From Planctomycetota bacterium (GTDB taxonomy: Bacteria > Planctomycetota > UBA8108 > SXIK01): 64,000 bases of DNA. Each line of letters begins with the position of its first letter. Position 1 is the first letter of the stretch. This document shows, piece by piece, positions 1 to 9,029 of this stretch. Where the stretch lies: NCBI GenBank assembly GCA_965223845.1, contig CBDCXR010000004.1, forward strand, positions 3,104,001 through 3,168,000, given 5' to 3'. Position numbers and translations under genes: made by a program. Under the pieces are notes generated by a model. That model did not search any database and was not told the DNA's origin. It saw only the letters and a program-made list of their open reading frames with translations.

Positions 1-2851
1 CGCGTGCCGCTTCCGGATCGAACGAGACCTGAACAGAATTGCCGTCTCGCCAGACGTTGAACGCGATCTCGGCTTCCGATCTCAGGAAGGAGTCCAGCTC
101 GGCGCGACTCGAGAATCGTCCGCCGTTGCCTCCGACTATGATGTCGCCGTTCTCGAATCCGGCTCGGGCGAGGTATCCCCCGGCGTCGTGTACCAGCACT
201 TCGACCGTGTACGCCGGCAGATCCGGTTCGAACCGTACGACTTCGTCGCCCGAGAGATCGACCATCGTAGTTCCCTGCTCGTCGATTCTTACGAGATATC
301 GCCCGCGCTGCAGGCGAGGAAACACGAATCGACCGTTCTCGTTCTCAGCCGACAGCCAGAATCCTTCCAGCGTTTCGTTTCCTCGAAGGGCGACACTCGC
401 TCGAGTTCCACTCCCGACGACCGTGAGAGAATGATACTCCGGTAGGCGAAGCCGCAGCTCGTTCTCGTCACCGGGGCGAAGCTCCACGCGTTCACGGAGG
501 ACCGCGCGTTTGTCGACGGAGAGCAGCACGAAATACTCTCCGGGCGATACCGGCCCGAACTCCTGAACGCCTTCGATGCTGAGCGGATTTTTGAGGAAAG
601 AATGACGCCACGATCGCCGGAAACGTCCTCCTCCGCGATCCTCGCCGCCGAGAAGGGTGAGTCGAACCGAGCCTCGCACCGGGCTGCGTGCGTAGTTCTC
701 GATGATGACGCGCAGCAGCGCGGGATCGCGAAATTGAATGGAGACGGCGTCGAGCCCGGTCGCGTCGACGTGCTCTCGGCCGAACTTGGAGGATTCCGCG
801 AACACCGTCCGATTTGCGGTACGGTCGAACTTTGGCGGAAAGAGCAACCACGTCGTTCCGTCGGGACGCGGTACGAACACCGCGGGCTGAGAGAGCTTGG
901 CGGCTTCCAGCCAGACGCGAGGCTTAGGAAGAATTTCGCCGGCCGGATCGAGGACGGCGACCTCGAGATAGTCGTCGCTCGAGAGTGCCGGTAGTGCCAG
1001 CTCGACGTCGGTAAAACCGTTCTCGACCGTCACCGTGGAAGAATCGACGATCTCTTCGGGAAAGCGTCCGACGCCCACCGCGTACTCTCCCGGCGGCAGA
1101 TCCTTGAACCAGAATCTGAACTCGGGCCGACTCGCAGTCGTTCGAGCTCCCGTCCGTGCCAGTTCTTCTGCATCCGCTCGGCCACCGGACGACGCGGGCG
1201 AGGCGTAGACGTGGATCGTTCGCGGCGCTTCGCCGGCCGGCACGAGCACCCGACCGGCGATTCCCGTGCGGGCCTCGAGCTCGAGCAAGAGCGGCTCGTT
1301 CTGGTCGCCGCCGAGAATCGTCCGGTACTGCGGTTCTGACATATGGGTTCTTTCGGATCCGAAGAACGCCCGAAATCGATAGTCGCCGGGGCTCAACGAG
1401 AACGTCGTCTTCTCCGGATACCAAACCCATGCATCGGTGCGATTTCCTTTTCGCACCTGAACTCGCGCGACGTCCGGCTCTCTTCCACCCGCGAAGCGGA
1501 CGTTCACGGTGACCCGCGAGGTCAGAGTTCCGCGCAGCTCCACCACGTCCCCCGCGCGAACGTTTCGTCGTTCTGAGCCCTCGGCGCTGTCGAACGTCCA
1601 GCCTTCGAGCGAGGCGGAAACGTTGTAGAGAACGGACCGACGGACGCCCTCGAGTGCGAACCAACCGTTCTCGTCCGCAACCGCGACGACCCGTTCACGC
1701 TCGCTGCTGCGATGGGACTCGATGACAGCGATGACACTCGCGAAGAGTTTGTCGTCCTCGGATAGCTCTTCGAACGATGGGGCCGCGGTGATCGCGATCG
1801 GGAGCGCTTCGATGCGGACGCCGGGAATGGGCTCGCCGGAACGACCGATCACCGAACCGTGAATTGTTCCGTTCGCAGGCGAAGCGAGCTCACCTCGGTG
1901 GCCGGTCTCGAATCGATCGAGAGCCGCGCGCAGTTGAGTTCGCGCGTCGTCGAGGCTGCCGGCAGGGTTTGATGAGATCGAACTGCCGGCGCCGGACACT
2001 CGGCCCGCGGCGCCTCGGTGTCCGGCGGCCGCAGTTTCGCCATCCGCCAGTGCTTCGGCCGCGTTAGCGGAGCTCACCAGGGGATCTCCGTTCGCTTCCC
2101 ACCCGTCCGAACTGCTTGAACTCGTCAGCGTCCCAATCGAAACGCCCACGGCGAGGATCGCGAGACTCAACCCGGTCGCGACGGCAAGCTTTTGGCTCAT
2201 GATCAAACCTCCTGCAGTCCAAAGATTCCCGGTCGATCCGGCGTTCGACGCCGCCGCGGCCGTCGCGGCCGATGCACTCGCCGGCGCGATCGCGTGGACT
2301 CCGGCTCCGGTGAGCGGAAGCAGGAGCCCGACCCAGGTCCCACGATCTCCCCCGTGACGCGCGTCGAGTCGACGGCGAACCACTTCGAGCCCTCGAGCGA
2401 TGCGCGAGCAGACGGTCGAGTAAGGGACAGATTGTCGATCGGCGATCTCCTTGGCCGTCATTTCCTCGAAGAAGCGCATGAGGAGCGTCGAGCGAACGGG
2501 CTCGTCGAGCTCGAGGACCACGTCGACGATCCGGCGGTGCAGTTCCGTTCGCTCGACGAGTTCGTCGGGAGCCAGACCGCGGCTCGACTCGGGCTTCGCC
2601 GCTGCGTGTTCCCGCCGTGTACGACGAACGTCGTCGCGGTGCGTGCGATACGCGAAATTCCGGATCACGCGGCGGAGCCATCCGGCGACACCGACTCCCG
2701 TGGGCGGACGCTCGACCGCCGCGAGCCACGTCTCCTGGACGAGGTCGTCGGCGCGAGAATCGTCGAGGACCAAGCTGCGGGCGAAAGCTCGCATCCAGTG
2801 CGCATGCTCAAGAAGCTGCTGGGGATCGACCGGGGACGGCTGCTGGCTCAT
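1..2851 (-). CDS. ECF sigma-70 factor fused to a TM segment, carboxypeptidase-regulatory-like (Ig/transthyretin-like) repeats and a C-terminal PDZ-like domain; truncated by the window edge (>=950 aa)
   Basis: Not in the ORF track because it has no stop in the window. My translation from ATG 2851 (RBS GAGG upstream): MSQQPSPVDPQQLLEHAHWMRAFARSLVLDDSRADDLVQETWLAA...WLRRVIRN (sigma2), LDEPVRSTLLMRFFEEMTAKEIADRQSVPYSTVCSRIARG (sigma4), hydrophobic LAVATGLSLAILAVGVSIGTL, then GTIHGSVIGRSGEPIPGVRI, ADENGWFALEG, FKDLPPGEY, and finally GGYLARAGFENGDIIVGGNG...FNVWRDG (PDZ-like). The frame is open to position 2. Confidence 0.9.
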   Translation of the reverse strand, partial: MSQQPSPVDPQQLLEHAHWMRAFARSLVLDDSRADDLVQETWLAAVERPPTGVGVAGWLRRVIRNFAYRTHRDDVRRTRREHAAAKPESSRGLAPDELVERTELHRRIVDVVLELDEPVRSTLLMRFFEEMTAKEIADRQSVPYSTVCSRIARGLEVVRRRLDARHGGDRGTWVGLLLPLTGAGVHAIAPASASAATAAAASNAGSTGNLWTAGGLIMSQKLAVATGLSLAILAVGVSIGTLTSSSSSDGWEANGDPLVSSANAAEALADGETAAAGHRGAAGRVSGAGSSISSNPAGSLDDARTQLRAALDRFETGHRGELASPANGTIHGSVIGRSGEPIPGVRIEALPIAITAAPSFEELSEDDKLFASVIAVIESHRSSERERVVAVADENGWFALEGVRRSVLYNVSASLEGWTFDSAEGSERRNVRAGDVVELRGTLTSRVTVNVRFAGGREPDVARVQVRKGNRTDAWVWYPEKTTFSLSPGDYRFRAFFGSERTHMSEPQYRTILGGDQNEPLLLELEARTGIAGRVLVPAGEAPRTIHVYASPASSGGRADAEELARTGARTTASRPEFRFWFKDLPPGEYAVGVGRFPEEIVDSSTVTVENGFTDVELALPALSSDDYLEVAVLDPAGEILPKPRVWLEAAKLSQPAVFVPRPDGTTWLLFPPKFDRTANRTVFAESSKFGREHVDATGLDAVSIQFRDPALLRVIIENYARSPVRGSVRLTLLGGEDRGGGRFRRSWRHSFLKNPLSIEGVQEFGPVSPGEYFVLLSVDKRAVLRERVELRPGDENELRLRLPEYHSLTVVGSGTRASVALRGNETLEGFWLSAENENGRFVFPRLQRGRYLVRIDEQGTTMVDLSGDEVVRFEPDLPAYTVEVLVHDAGGYLARAGFENGDIIVGGNGGRFSSRAELDSFLRSEAEIAFNVWRDGNSVQVSFDPEAAR

Positions 2852-3155
2852 GGTTTCCTCTACCTAAGAAACTCCGCCGCGCTTCTCGGTTACGATGCAA
2901 ATTTGGAACGTACACTCTCGCGCTCGGAGGAGAGCTTTCGTTACATTCACACGGCGACTGTCGATGCGCCACGCGGGCGGAGTCGAGATCTTCGACGACG
3001 GGCGGTGTCCCGGACGATGAATCCCGCGGGAGCGGGAGAATACGCAAGAAAGCGACGCGTCAAACGAGGATCCTTCGACGGCAGGTTGAGGTCCGGCGAG
3101 AGGCCTGGAGATGTTAGGATCCGTCGTTGGAATGCTGCACGGCCTCGAACCGAGG

Positions 3156-3183
3156 CGTCCGCCGAAAGTCGTCCGCCGAAAGT
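3156..3183 (+). repeat. Perfect 14-bp tandem repeat (CGTCCGCCGAAAGT x2)
   Basis: Copies at 3156-3169 and 3170-3183, 3 nt before the likely GTG start of the next gene. Confidence 0.85.
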
Positions 3184-3186
3184 AGA

Positions 3187-3930
3187 GTGAAGGCGAATCG
3201 ACCCGCGCGCGAGCTTCGGCTCGTGACGTACAACATGCATAAGGGGATCGGCGGCGTCGATCGACGCTATCGCCCGGAGCGCATCGTCGAGGTGCTCGCG
3301 CGGTCGCGTCCGGATCTCGTGTTTCTCCAGGAAGTCGACGAAGGCGTGCCTCGCTCACGACGCCATCGACAGGTCGATCTCGTCGGCGACGCTCTCGGCA
3401 TGCAGTATCGCGCGTTCTTTCCGAACGTGAAGCTGACGCGCGGCCACTACGGAAACGCGCTCCTCAGCCGGCTGCCTCTCGACCACGCCGAGAACATCGA
3501 TCTCACGATCCCGCTCAAGAAAGCTCGAAGCGCGCTCCACGCGCGTCTCAGTGTAAAGCTCGGCACGCGCCGCCGCCGGCTCTGGCTCTTCAACGTTCAT
3601 CTCGGTCTCGCCGCTTTCGAGCGGCGGCATCAGCTTCGCCGACTGCTCGCGTGGCAGCGAAAGCACCACTTGAAGAAATCGACGGGAGCGATCGTCGCCG
3701 GCGACTTCAACGACGTGTGGGGAACGCTCGGCGCGCGGATCCTCGAACCGGCCGGCTATTCCGGCACGAATCGGAACATCCGGACCTTTCCCGCGGTTCG
3801 ACCTCTGCGCCCGCTCGACCGTGCGTTCGTGCGGGGCCCGATCGAAATTGCGGGTGCGCATCGGGAGAGCACGCGATCCGCGCGCGAGGCGTCGGATCAT
3901 GTTCCGCTCGTCGTCGACGTTCGCCTTTGA
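3187..3930 (+). CDS. Endonuclease/exonuclease/phosphatase (EEP) family protein
   Basis: Motifs LVTYNMHKG, DLVFLQEVD, YGNALLSR, NVHL, AGDFN, PLDRAF, ASDHVPL. Start placed at GTG 3187 (the ORF track extends to 3127). Confidence 0.92.
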   Translation: MKANRPARELRLVTYNMHKGIGGVDRRYRPERIVEVLARSRPDLVFLQEVDEGVPRSRRHRQVDLVGDALGMQYRAFFPNVKLTRGHYGNALLSRLPLDHAENIDLTIPLKKARSALHARLSVKLGTRRRRLWLFNVHLGLAAFERRHQLRRLLAWQRKHHLKKSTGAIVAGDFNDVWGTLGARILEPAGYSGTNRNIRTFPAVRPLRPLDRAFVRGPIEIAGAHRESTRSAREASDHVPLVVDVRL

Positions 3931-4079
3931 TCCGTCGACTCGACGGAATCCGCGTCCGGTTGCAGGCGAAGGTTTGTTTCCGTCGGATCGGGGTTGATAT
4001 CCTATCGGCGCGGCGCGGATTTCGAATCGCTGTCGCGGTGTCCGCTGTCCACGCCTCAACCCAATGAGCGACAAAAGCC

Positions 4080-5288
4080 ATGCATTCGCACGCATCTCTG
4101 AGTCCCACTCGCCTCTCCTTGATCTTGACGGTCGCTGCGCTCGTGAACGGTCGCGCGCTCGCCGAGGACGCCCGGGCGCAGACCGTCACCGAGGGTTTGC
4201 TGGCTCCGTTTCTCGGTGAAGCGAAGTTTGCTTCACAACAGGTTTTCGAAGGCGAACGATTCCCCAATGTCGTCGTCGCGACCGATGGGACGGTGATCGT
4301 CACCTGGGGAAACAAGAGCTACCAGGTACGCCGCAGCGAGGACGGCGGCAAGACCTGGGGCGACATCGTCAAGATCGCCGACCCCGGCTTCCACGGCGGC
4401 GGCGTGACGGTAGACGAAAGGAGCGGAGACATCCTCGCGTTTGTCGAGAAGCATCACCCACCGGCGCCGCTTACCGTCTACCGGAGCAAGGATCACGGCA
4501 AGACATGGACCGCCGAGGAAACCGTGATCAAGAAGAACAGCCTCGGCCACTTGCCGTCGATGCACATGAACGAGCACGGCATCACGCTCCGTCACGGGCC
4601 TCACGCCGGTAGGCTCGTCCGGCCTACGCGCTACTACGCGGGCGGCAACAACCGAAACGAATGGCCGAGGCACTACACGAACGCTGCGTTCAGCGACGAC
4701 GGTGGCAGGACCTGGCAGACGAGCGAGCCATTCCCCGAGAACGGCACCGGAGAGGCGACGATCGCGGAGTTGACGGACGGTCGCCTCTACTACAACTCGC
4801 GCGTTCATTGGCCGGAGAACGAACGACCCACTCGCCGGCGCGAGGCGTGGAGCCGAGATGGCGGGAAGACCTGGACGGACAAGAAGATCATCGACGCACT
4901 TCCGGACGGTCGGCAAGACCGCGCTTACGGGTGCATGGGAGGTCTCGTGCGGCTACCCGTCACCGGGAAGGACGTACTGATCTTCAGCAATCTCGACACG
5001 CCGCGCGACCGGCGCGAACGCGTCACCGTCTGGGCGAGCTTCGACGGCGGATCGACCTGGCCGATCAAGCGACTCGTCCACGACGGACCGAGCGGTTATT
5101 CCTCGCTCAACGCGGGGCGTCCGGGAACGCCGAGTGAGGGTTGGATCTACCTTCAGTACGAGGGCGGACCAGGTGGCGGCTCGCAACTCGCCCGGTTCAA
5201 CCTGGCTTGGATCCTGGCCGGCGAATCGACCGGAGACGGCGCGACGCCCGAGTGGGCCCCGCGAGCAAAGGTTCCCGCTTCCAACTGA
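4080..5288 (+). CDS. Secreted sialidase-like BNR/Asp-box beta-propeller (GH33-like)
   Basis: Signal peptide; five Asp-boxes (SEDGGKTW, SKDHGKTW, SDDGGRTW, SRDGGKTW, SFDGGSTW); GYSSL and C-terminal YE motifs. Confidence 0.88.
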   Translation: MHSHASLSPTRLSLILTVAALVNGRALAEDARAQTVTEGLLAPFLGEAKFASQQVFEGERFPNVVVATDGTVIVTWGNKSYQVRRSEDGGKTWGDIVKIADPGFHGGGVTVDERSGDILAFVEKHHPPAPLTVYRSKDHGKTWTAEETVIKKNSLGHLPSMHMNEHGITLRHGPHAGRLVRPTRYYAGGNNRNEWPRHYTNAAFSDDGGRTWQTSEPFPENGTGEATIAELTDGRLYYNSRVHWPENERPTRRREAWSRDGGKTWTDKKIIDALPDGRQDRAYGCMGGLVRLPVTGKDVLIFSNLDTPRDRRERVTVWASFDGGSTWPIKRLVHDGPSGYSSLNAGRPGTPSEGWIYLQYEGGPGGGSQLARFNLAWILAGESTGDGATPEWAPRAKVPASN

Positions 5289-5333
5289 GTTTCGCTGCGT
5301 GGGGCGATCGGCCGCTCCGCGGCGGGAACGAGC

Positions 5334-5441
5334 GCGGGAGGCGCGAATTCGAGAGGCTCGCCGAATTCCGGCAATCCCCGTCGTCTCCGCGCCTCCCGCC
5401 CACCGGCTCGCGAGCTGAGTTAGCCCGAGGAGTCTCCTCGG
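5334..5441. terminator. Inverted repeats between convergent genes (possible terminator or mRNA-end structures)
   Basis: GCGGGAGGCGCG (5334-5345) pairs with CGCGCCTCCCGC (5388-5399); a second palindrome CCGAGGAG-T-CTCCTCGG lies at ~5425-5441. No U-tract. Confidence 0.35.
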
Positions 5442-5462
5442 AGTCGGTCGAGAGTCCGTCGA

Positions 5463-6245
5463 TCACTCTTCCTCTTCGAGCTCGAAAAGGACCTCCTCCG
5501 TGATCGTCCGGTTTCCGCCGGCCTCCTCTGCGATCACTTCGGCCTTCATTTCGACGAGCATCTCCGCCGCCTCGTACGCTTCGACGAGCGCGACGAACTC
5601 CGGCCCGACCGTCATCGACTTGATCCCAGCGGGAAACTCGACTCGGTGGACGAAGACGAGCTCTTCGCCGTCTTCCTCAGCAACGACTTCGAGGAGCGCC
5701 TCGTAGAGCACGACTTCGGCTCCGCCCCCTGGAACCGACCATTCGATCGTCGGGTAGTTCTCCGCGTCGATCACGGGCGCGTTCGGAAGCTCATGCGTGA
5801 GCACCGCCGTACCGATGAGAGTGTCGCCCTCGATCGTCTCGCCCTCGAAGACATACTCGCCTTCTGGGAACTTTGCGAAGAACGCCGCCATATCCTCGGC
5901 GAGGTTGTCCTCGTCGAGCGGCGGTTCGGCGCTCTCGGTGAACACCTCCGTGCTCCCGATCTCGTTCAGACCCTCGTCGTTTTCCACCTCGAAGATCGTT
6001 CCGTCGGGACCGGTGACCTCGACTTCTTCCCACGCATCGGCGTCGAAGAAGAGGTGGAGTCCGAGATCCTTGTCGGTCGAATTGAACTCGAAAAAGATCT
6101 CCGCCTTGGAGAACTCGAGGATCTCCCCCTCATCGTGTGGGTGGGGTCTATGGCGACGAGCCGACGTGTCGGACACCGATGGACCGACCATCATCGCGAG
6201 AGCGGCGACGGCCACGAGTGAGAGAATGTAGCGGGATTTCGCCAT
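5463..6245 (-). CDS. Secreted, highly acidic hypothetical protein
   Basis: RBS AGGAG before ATG 6245 (MAKSRYILSLVAVAALAMMVG, signal peptide); His/Pro patch RRHRPHPHDEG; Glu/Asp-rich beta-type sequence. Confidence 0.85.
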   Translation of the reverse strand: MAKSRYILSLVAVAALAMMVGPSVSDTSARRHRPHPHDEGEILEFSKAEIFFEFNSTDKDLGLHLFFDADAWEEVEVTGPDGTIFEVENDEGLNEIGSTEVFTESAEPPLDEDNLAEDMAAFFAKFPEGEYVFEGETIEGDTLIGTAVLTHELPNAPVIDAENYPTIEWSVPGGGAEVVLYEALLEVVAEEDGEELVFVHRVEFPAGIKSMTVGPEFVALVEAYEAAEMLVEMKAEVIAEEAGGNRTITEEVLFELEEEE

Positions 6246-6639
6246 GGTTTGATCTCCTGTTCGCGTACTAAACGGTAGAGGGTAGAGAGGACGCGTGATT
6301 CGTCGGGAGGTGGCGCCGTGAGGATCTGTCCGAGTCGATGCGTCGCGGGGATACCCTCGAGCCTCCTTCGAACCATGCGCGCCGGCGACGAACTGCCGCC
6401 GAAGCACATCTCGACGCTACCGCGCTTCGATTGGAGGCGGATTAGACCGCGGTGAATCGGGCCTAATCTCCCGACGCGGAGCGCGGCAAGTCGCTTCGCG
6501 CGAGACACTCGTCTCACGAATGCGGTCTCCGTGGCTCCCTCGCGTTAACTCTGAACGATCGTTCGGGTAGGCTGACACGCGAGTCTGGGAGCTCGCCTCC
6601 CGCGAATCGTTCGCTTCCCACGGACGACGGAACGCCGCG

Positions 6640-7929
6640 ATGACACACTCGACACTCCTCGGGCGCCGCACTTGTCTACGGCTGTTGGGCGGATCCGCGC
6701 TAGCGTTTGGAGCCTGGGGATGCCGCGCGGTTCGTCCGAGGTTCGACTTCAGCGACCGCGAACCGAAGCGAGTCGCGGCGATCATCACCGCGTACCGGAG
6801 GGGACTCCATGCGGACGTCCTCGTCGGAAAGATCCTCGACGGCTGGAAGCAAGACGGCGGCCCGGGACCGAACCTAGAGCTTGCTTCGATGTACGTCGAT
6901 CAGTTTCCGAACGGCGACCTGGCGCGCCCGATGGCGGAGAAGCACGGCGTACCGATCTTCCCGACGATCGAGGGCGCGGTCACACTCGGAACGGATGGAA
7001 TCCCCATCGATGGCGTGCTCTCGATCGGCGAACACGGCGACTACCCGTGGAACGAAGAAGGGCAGCATCTCTATCCACGCCGGAGATTCTTCTCCGCGAT
7101 CGCGAACGCGTTCGAGAAGCATGGACGATCCGTCCCGGTGTTCAACGATAAGCACCTCGGGCCGGTCTGGACGGATGCGCGGTGGATGTACGACCGTGCC
7201 GCGAAGCTCGACGTTCCGTTCATGGCGGGTTCGTCGATCCCTCTCACCTACCGGAGTCCGGATCTCGACCTCCCCCTCGGCACGGAGATCGAGGCGATGG
7301 TCGGACTGGGATACTCGGGTCTCGACATCTACGGCTTCCACGCGCTCGAGGCATTCCAATGCGTCGCCGAACGACGCCGCGGCGCCGAGTCGGGTGTCCA
7401 CACCGTCCAGTGCCTCCAGGGGAACGCGATGTGGAAGGCGATCGATGACGGCATCGTACGACGCGATGTGTTCGAGGCCGCCGTCGCCGCCGCACCGACC
7501 GCATCGGGTGTCGAACCGCGTACCCTCACGGGAGACAACGTCGCACTCTTCCTCTTCGAGTATGTCGACGGACTCGTCGGAAGCGTGTTCATGCTTCCCG
7601 GCTACGCTCAGCTGAGCGCAGTCGCCGTGCAGATTCGCGGTGAAGCCGCGCCGCGTGCGTGCTCCTTCGCCGAACGTCGCGAGCCGGCGTATCCGCATTT
7701 CGCGTTTCTCTTGAAGGCGATCGAACGCATGATCCACACGGGCGAGCCGGCGTATCCCGTCGAGCGGACACTCCTCACGTCCGGCGTTCTCGACCGCGCG
7801 CTGACGTCGAAGTTCGAAGGGTCGAGGAAGCTCGCAACGCCCGAGCTCGCGATCCGCTACGAGCCGGTGGCCTACCCGCACGCGCCGCTTCCTGCGCTCG
7901 TACCGGAGCTCGCGGAGCGCTCGGCCTGA
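6640..7929 (+). CDS. Planctomycete-type divergent Gfo/Idh/MocA-like oxidoreductase with Tat (possibly lipoprotein) signal
   Basis: N-terminus [21 protein letters not shown]; motifs [52 protein letters not shown]. Confidence 0.75.
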   Translation: MTHSTLLGRRTCLRLLGGSALAFGAWGCRAVRPRFDFSDREPKRVAAIITAYRRGLHADVLVGKILDGWKQDGGPGPNLELASMYVDQFPNGDLARPMAEKHGVPIFPTIEGAVTLGTDGIPIDGVLSIGEHGDYPWNEEGQHLYPRRRFFSAIANAFEKHGRSVPVFNDKHLGPVWTDARWMYDRAAKLDVPFMAGSSIPLTYRSPDLDLPLGTEIEAMVGLGYSGLDIYGFHALEAFQCVAERRRGAESGVHTVQCLQGNAMWKAIDDGIVRRDVFEAAVAAAPTASGVEPRTLTGDNVALFLFEYVDGLVGSVFMLPGYAQLSAVAVQIRGEAAPRACSFAERREPAYPHFAFLLKAIERMIHTGEPAYPVERTLLTSGVLDRALTSKFEGSRKLATPELAIRYEPVAYPHAPLPALVPELAERSA

Positions 7930-7930
7930 C

Positions 7931-8950
7931 ATGGCTCGATCGAGCGATACTCCGCGGCACCGCGTCCTCGTCATCGGTACGGGCTCCATCGGCGAGCGGC
8001 ACGTTCGGTGCTTCTTGGAAACCTCGCGGGCGGACGTCTCGATCTGCGAACGCAACCGGGAGCTCGCCGCGACGGTCGCTCGTCGCTACGGACTCGAGGG
8101 AGCGTGGAGCGATTTCGACGAAGCGCTCGAGCACGAGCACGATGCGGCGGTCATCTGTACGCCGGCGGACGGACACGTCGCGATCGCGCGACGACTCGTT
8201 GCACGGGGCATCCACGTTCTCGTCGAGAAGCCGCTCTCGACAGCTCTCGACGGAACGGAGGAGCTGAGCCGAGAGGCCGAGTCCTCGCGTGTGACCGTCG
8301 CGGTCGCCTACGTCTACCGGGCGAATCCCGTACTCGCCGCGATGCGGGACGCGATTCTGGGGGGACGATTCGGCGCCCCGCTCGAAGTCGTCGTCCAGAG
8401 CGGACAGCACTTCCCGACCTATCGCCCCGCGTACCGCGAGATCTACTACCGCGACCGCGCACGCGGCGGAGGCGCGATTCAGGACGCGCTCACGCACTTG
8501 ATCAACGCGGCCGAGTGGATCGTCGGGCCCGCGACCGAAGTTGTTGCCGACGCCGCCCGGCTCCAGCTCGAAGGCGTCGCCGTCGAGGACACGGTCCACG
8601 CGCTCGCGCGCCACGGAGACGTTCTCGCGAGCTACTCTCTCAACCAGCACCAAGCGCCGAACGAAACGACTCTCACCGTCGTCTGCGAGCGCGGAACCTG
8701 TCGATGGGACGCGCACGAGAATCGGTGGCGGAGTGCGGTGACACCCGGCGAACCGTGGACCATCGAGCTCGCCGGCGACGGGGAGCGCGATGAAGTCTTC
8801 GTTCGGCAGGCGAACGCGTTCCTCGACGTCCTAAGCGGAGCGAGCGATCCGCTCTGCTCGCTTCGAGACGGCGTTCAGACGCTGAGGGTCAATCTCGCTC
8901 TCCTCCGATCTCTCGACGACGATGGCCGCTTCCTCCGCACCGACGCTTGA
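7931..8950 (+). CDS. Gfo/Idh/MocA family NAD(P)-dependent oxidoreductase
   Basis: VLVIGTGSIG Rossmann motif, ICTP..H, HVLVEKP, GGGAIQDALTH; starts 1 nt after the upstream stop. Confidence 0.93.
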   Translation: MARSSDTPRHRVLVIGTGSIGERHVRCFLETSRADVSICERNRELAATVARRYGLEGAWSDFDEALEHEHDAAVICTPADGHVAIARRLVARGIHVLVEKPLSTALDGTEELSREAESSRVTVAVAYVYRANPVLAAMRDAILGGRFGAPLEVVVQSGQHFPTYRPAYREIYYRDRARGGGAIQDALTHLINAAEWIVGPATEVVADAARLQLEGVAVEDTVHALARHGDVLASYSLNQHQAPNETTLTVVCERGTCRWDAHENRWRSAVTPGEPWTIELAGDGERDEVFVRQANAFLDVLSGASDPLCSLRDGVQTLRVNLALLRSLDDDGRFLRTDA

Positions 8951-9029
8951 AACGACGTCTCGCGATCGATCGAGCCCAGCGACCCGCGAACGAGGAGTTT
9001 CGCCTCGCGACGCGAGCCGCCCGATTCCA

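Noticed and set aside
2861-2895. Possible autoregulatory ECF promoter (GTAACC-N15-GTTTCTT on the minus strand)
   Set aside because: Plausible, but short and single-copy, and I have no known consensus for this group to compare with, so it is not listed as a feature.
2192-3190. 332-aa plus-strand ORF
   Set aside because: Antisense shadow of the ECF sigma gene on the minus strand.
6440-6468. GATTAG...CTAATC inverted repeat in a divergent intergenic region
   Set aside because: Only 6-bp arms and no nearby regulator gene; could arise by chance.
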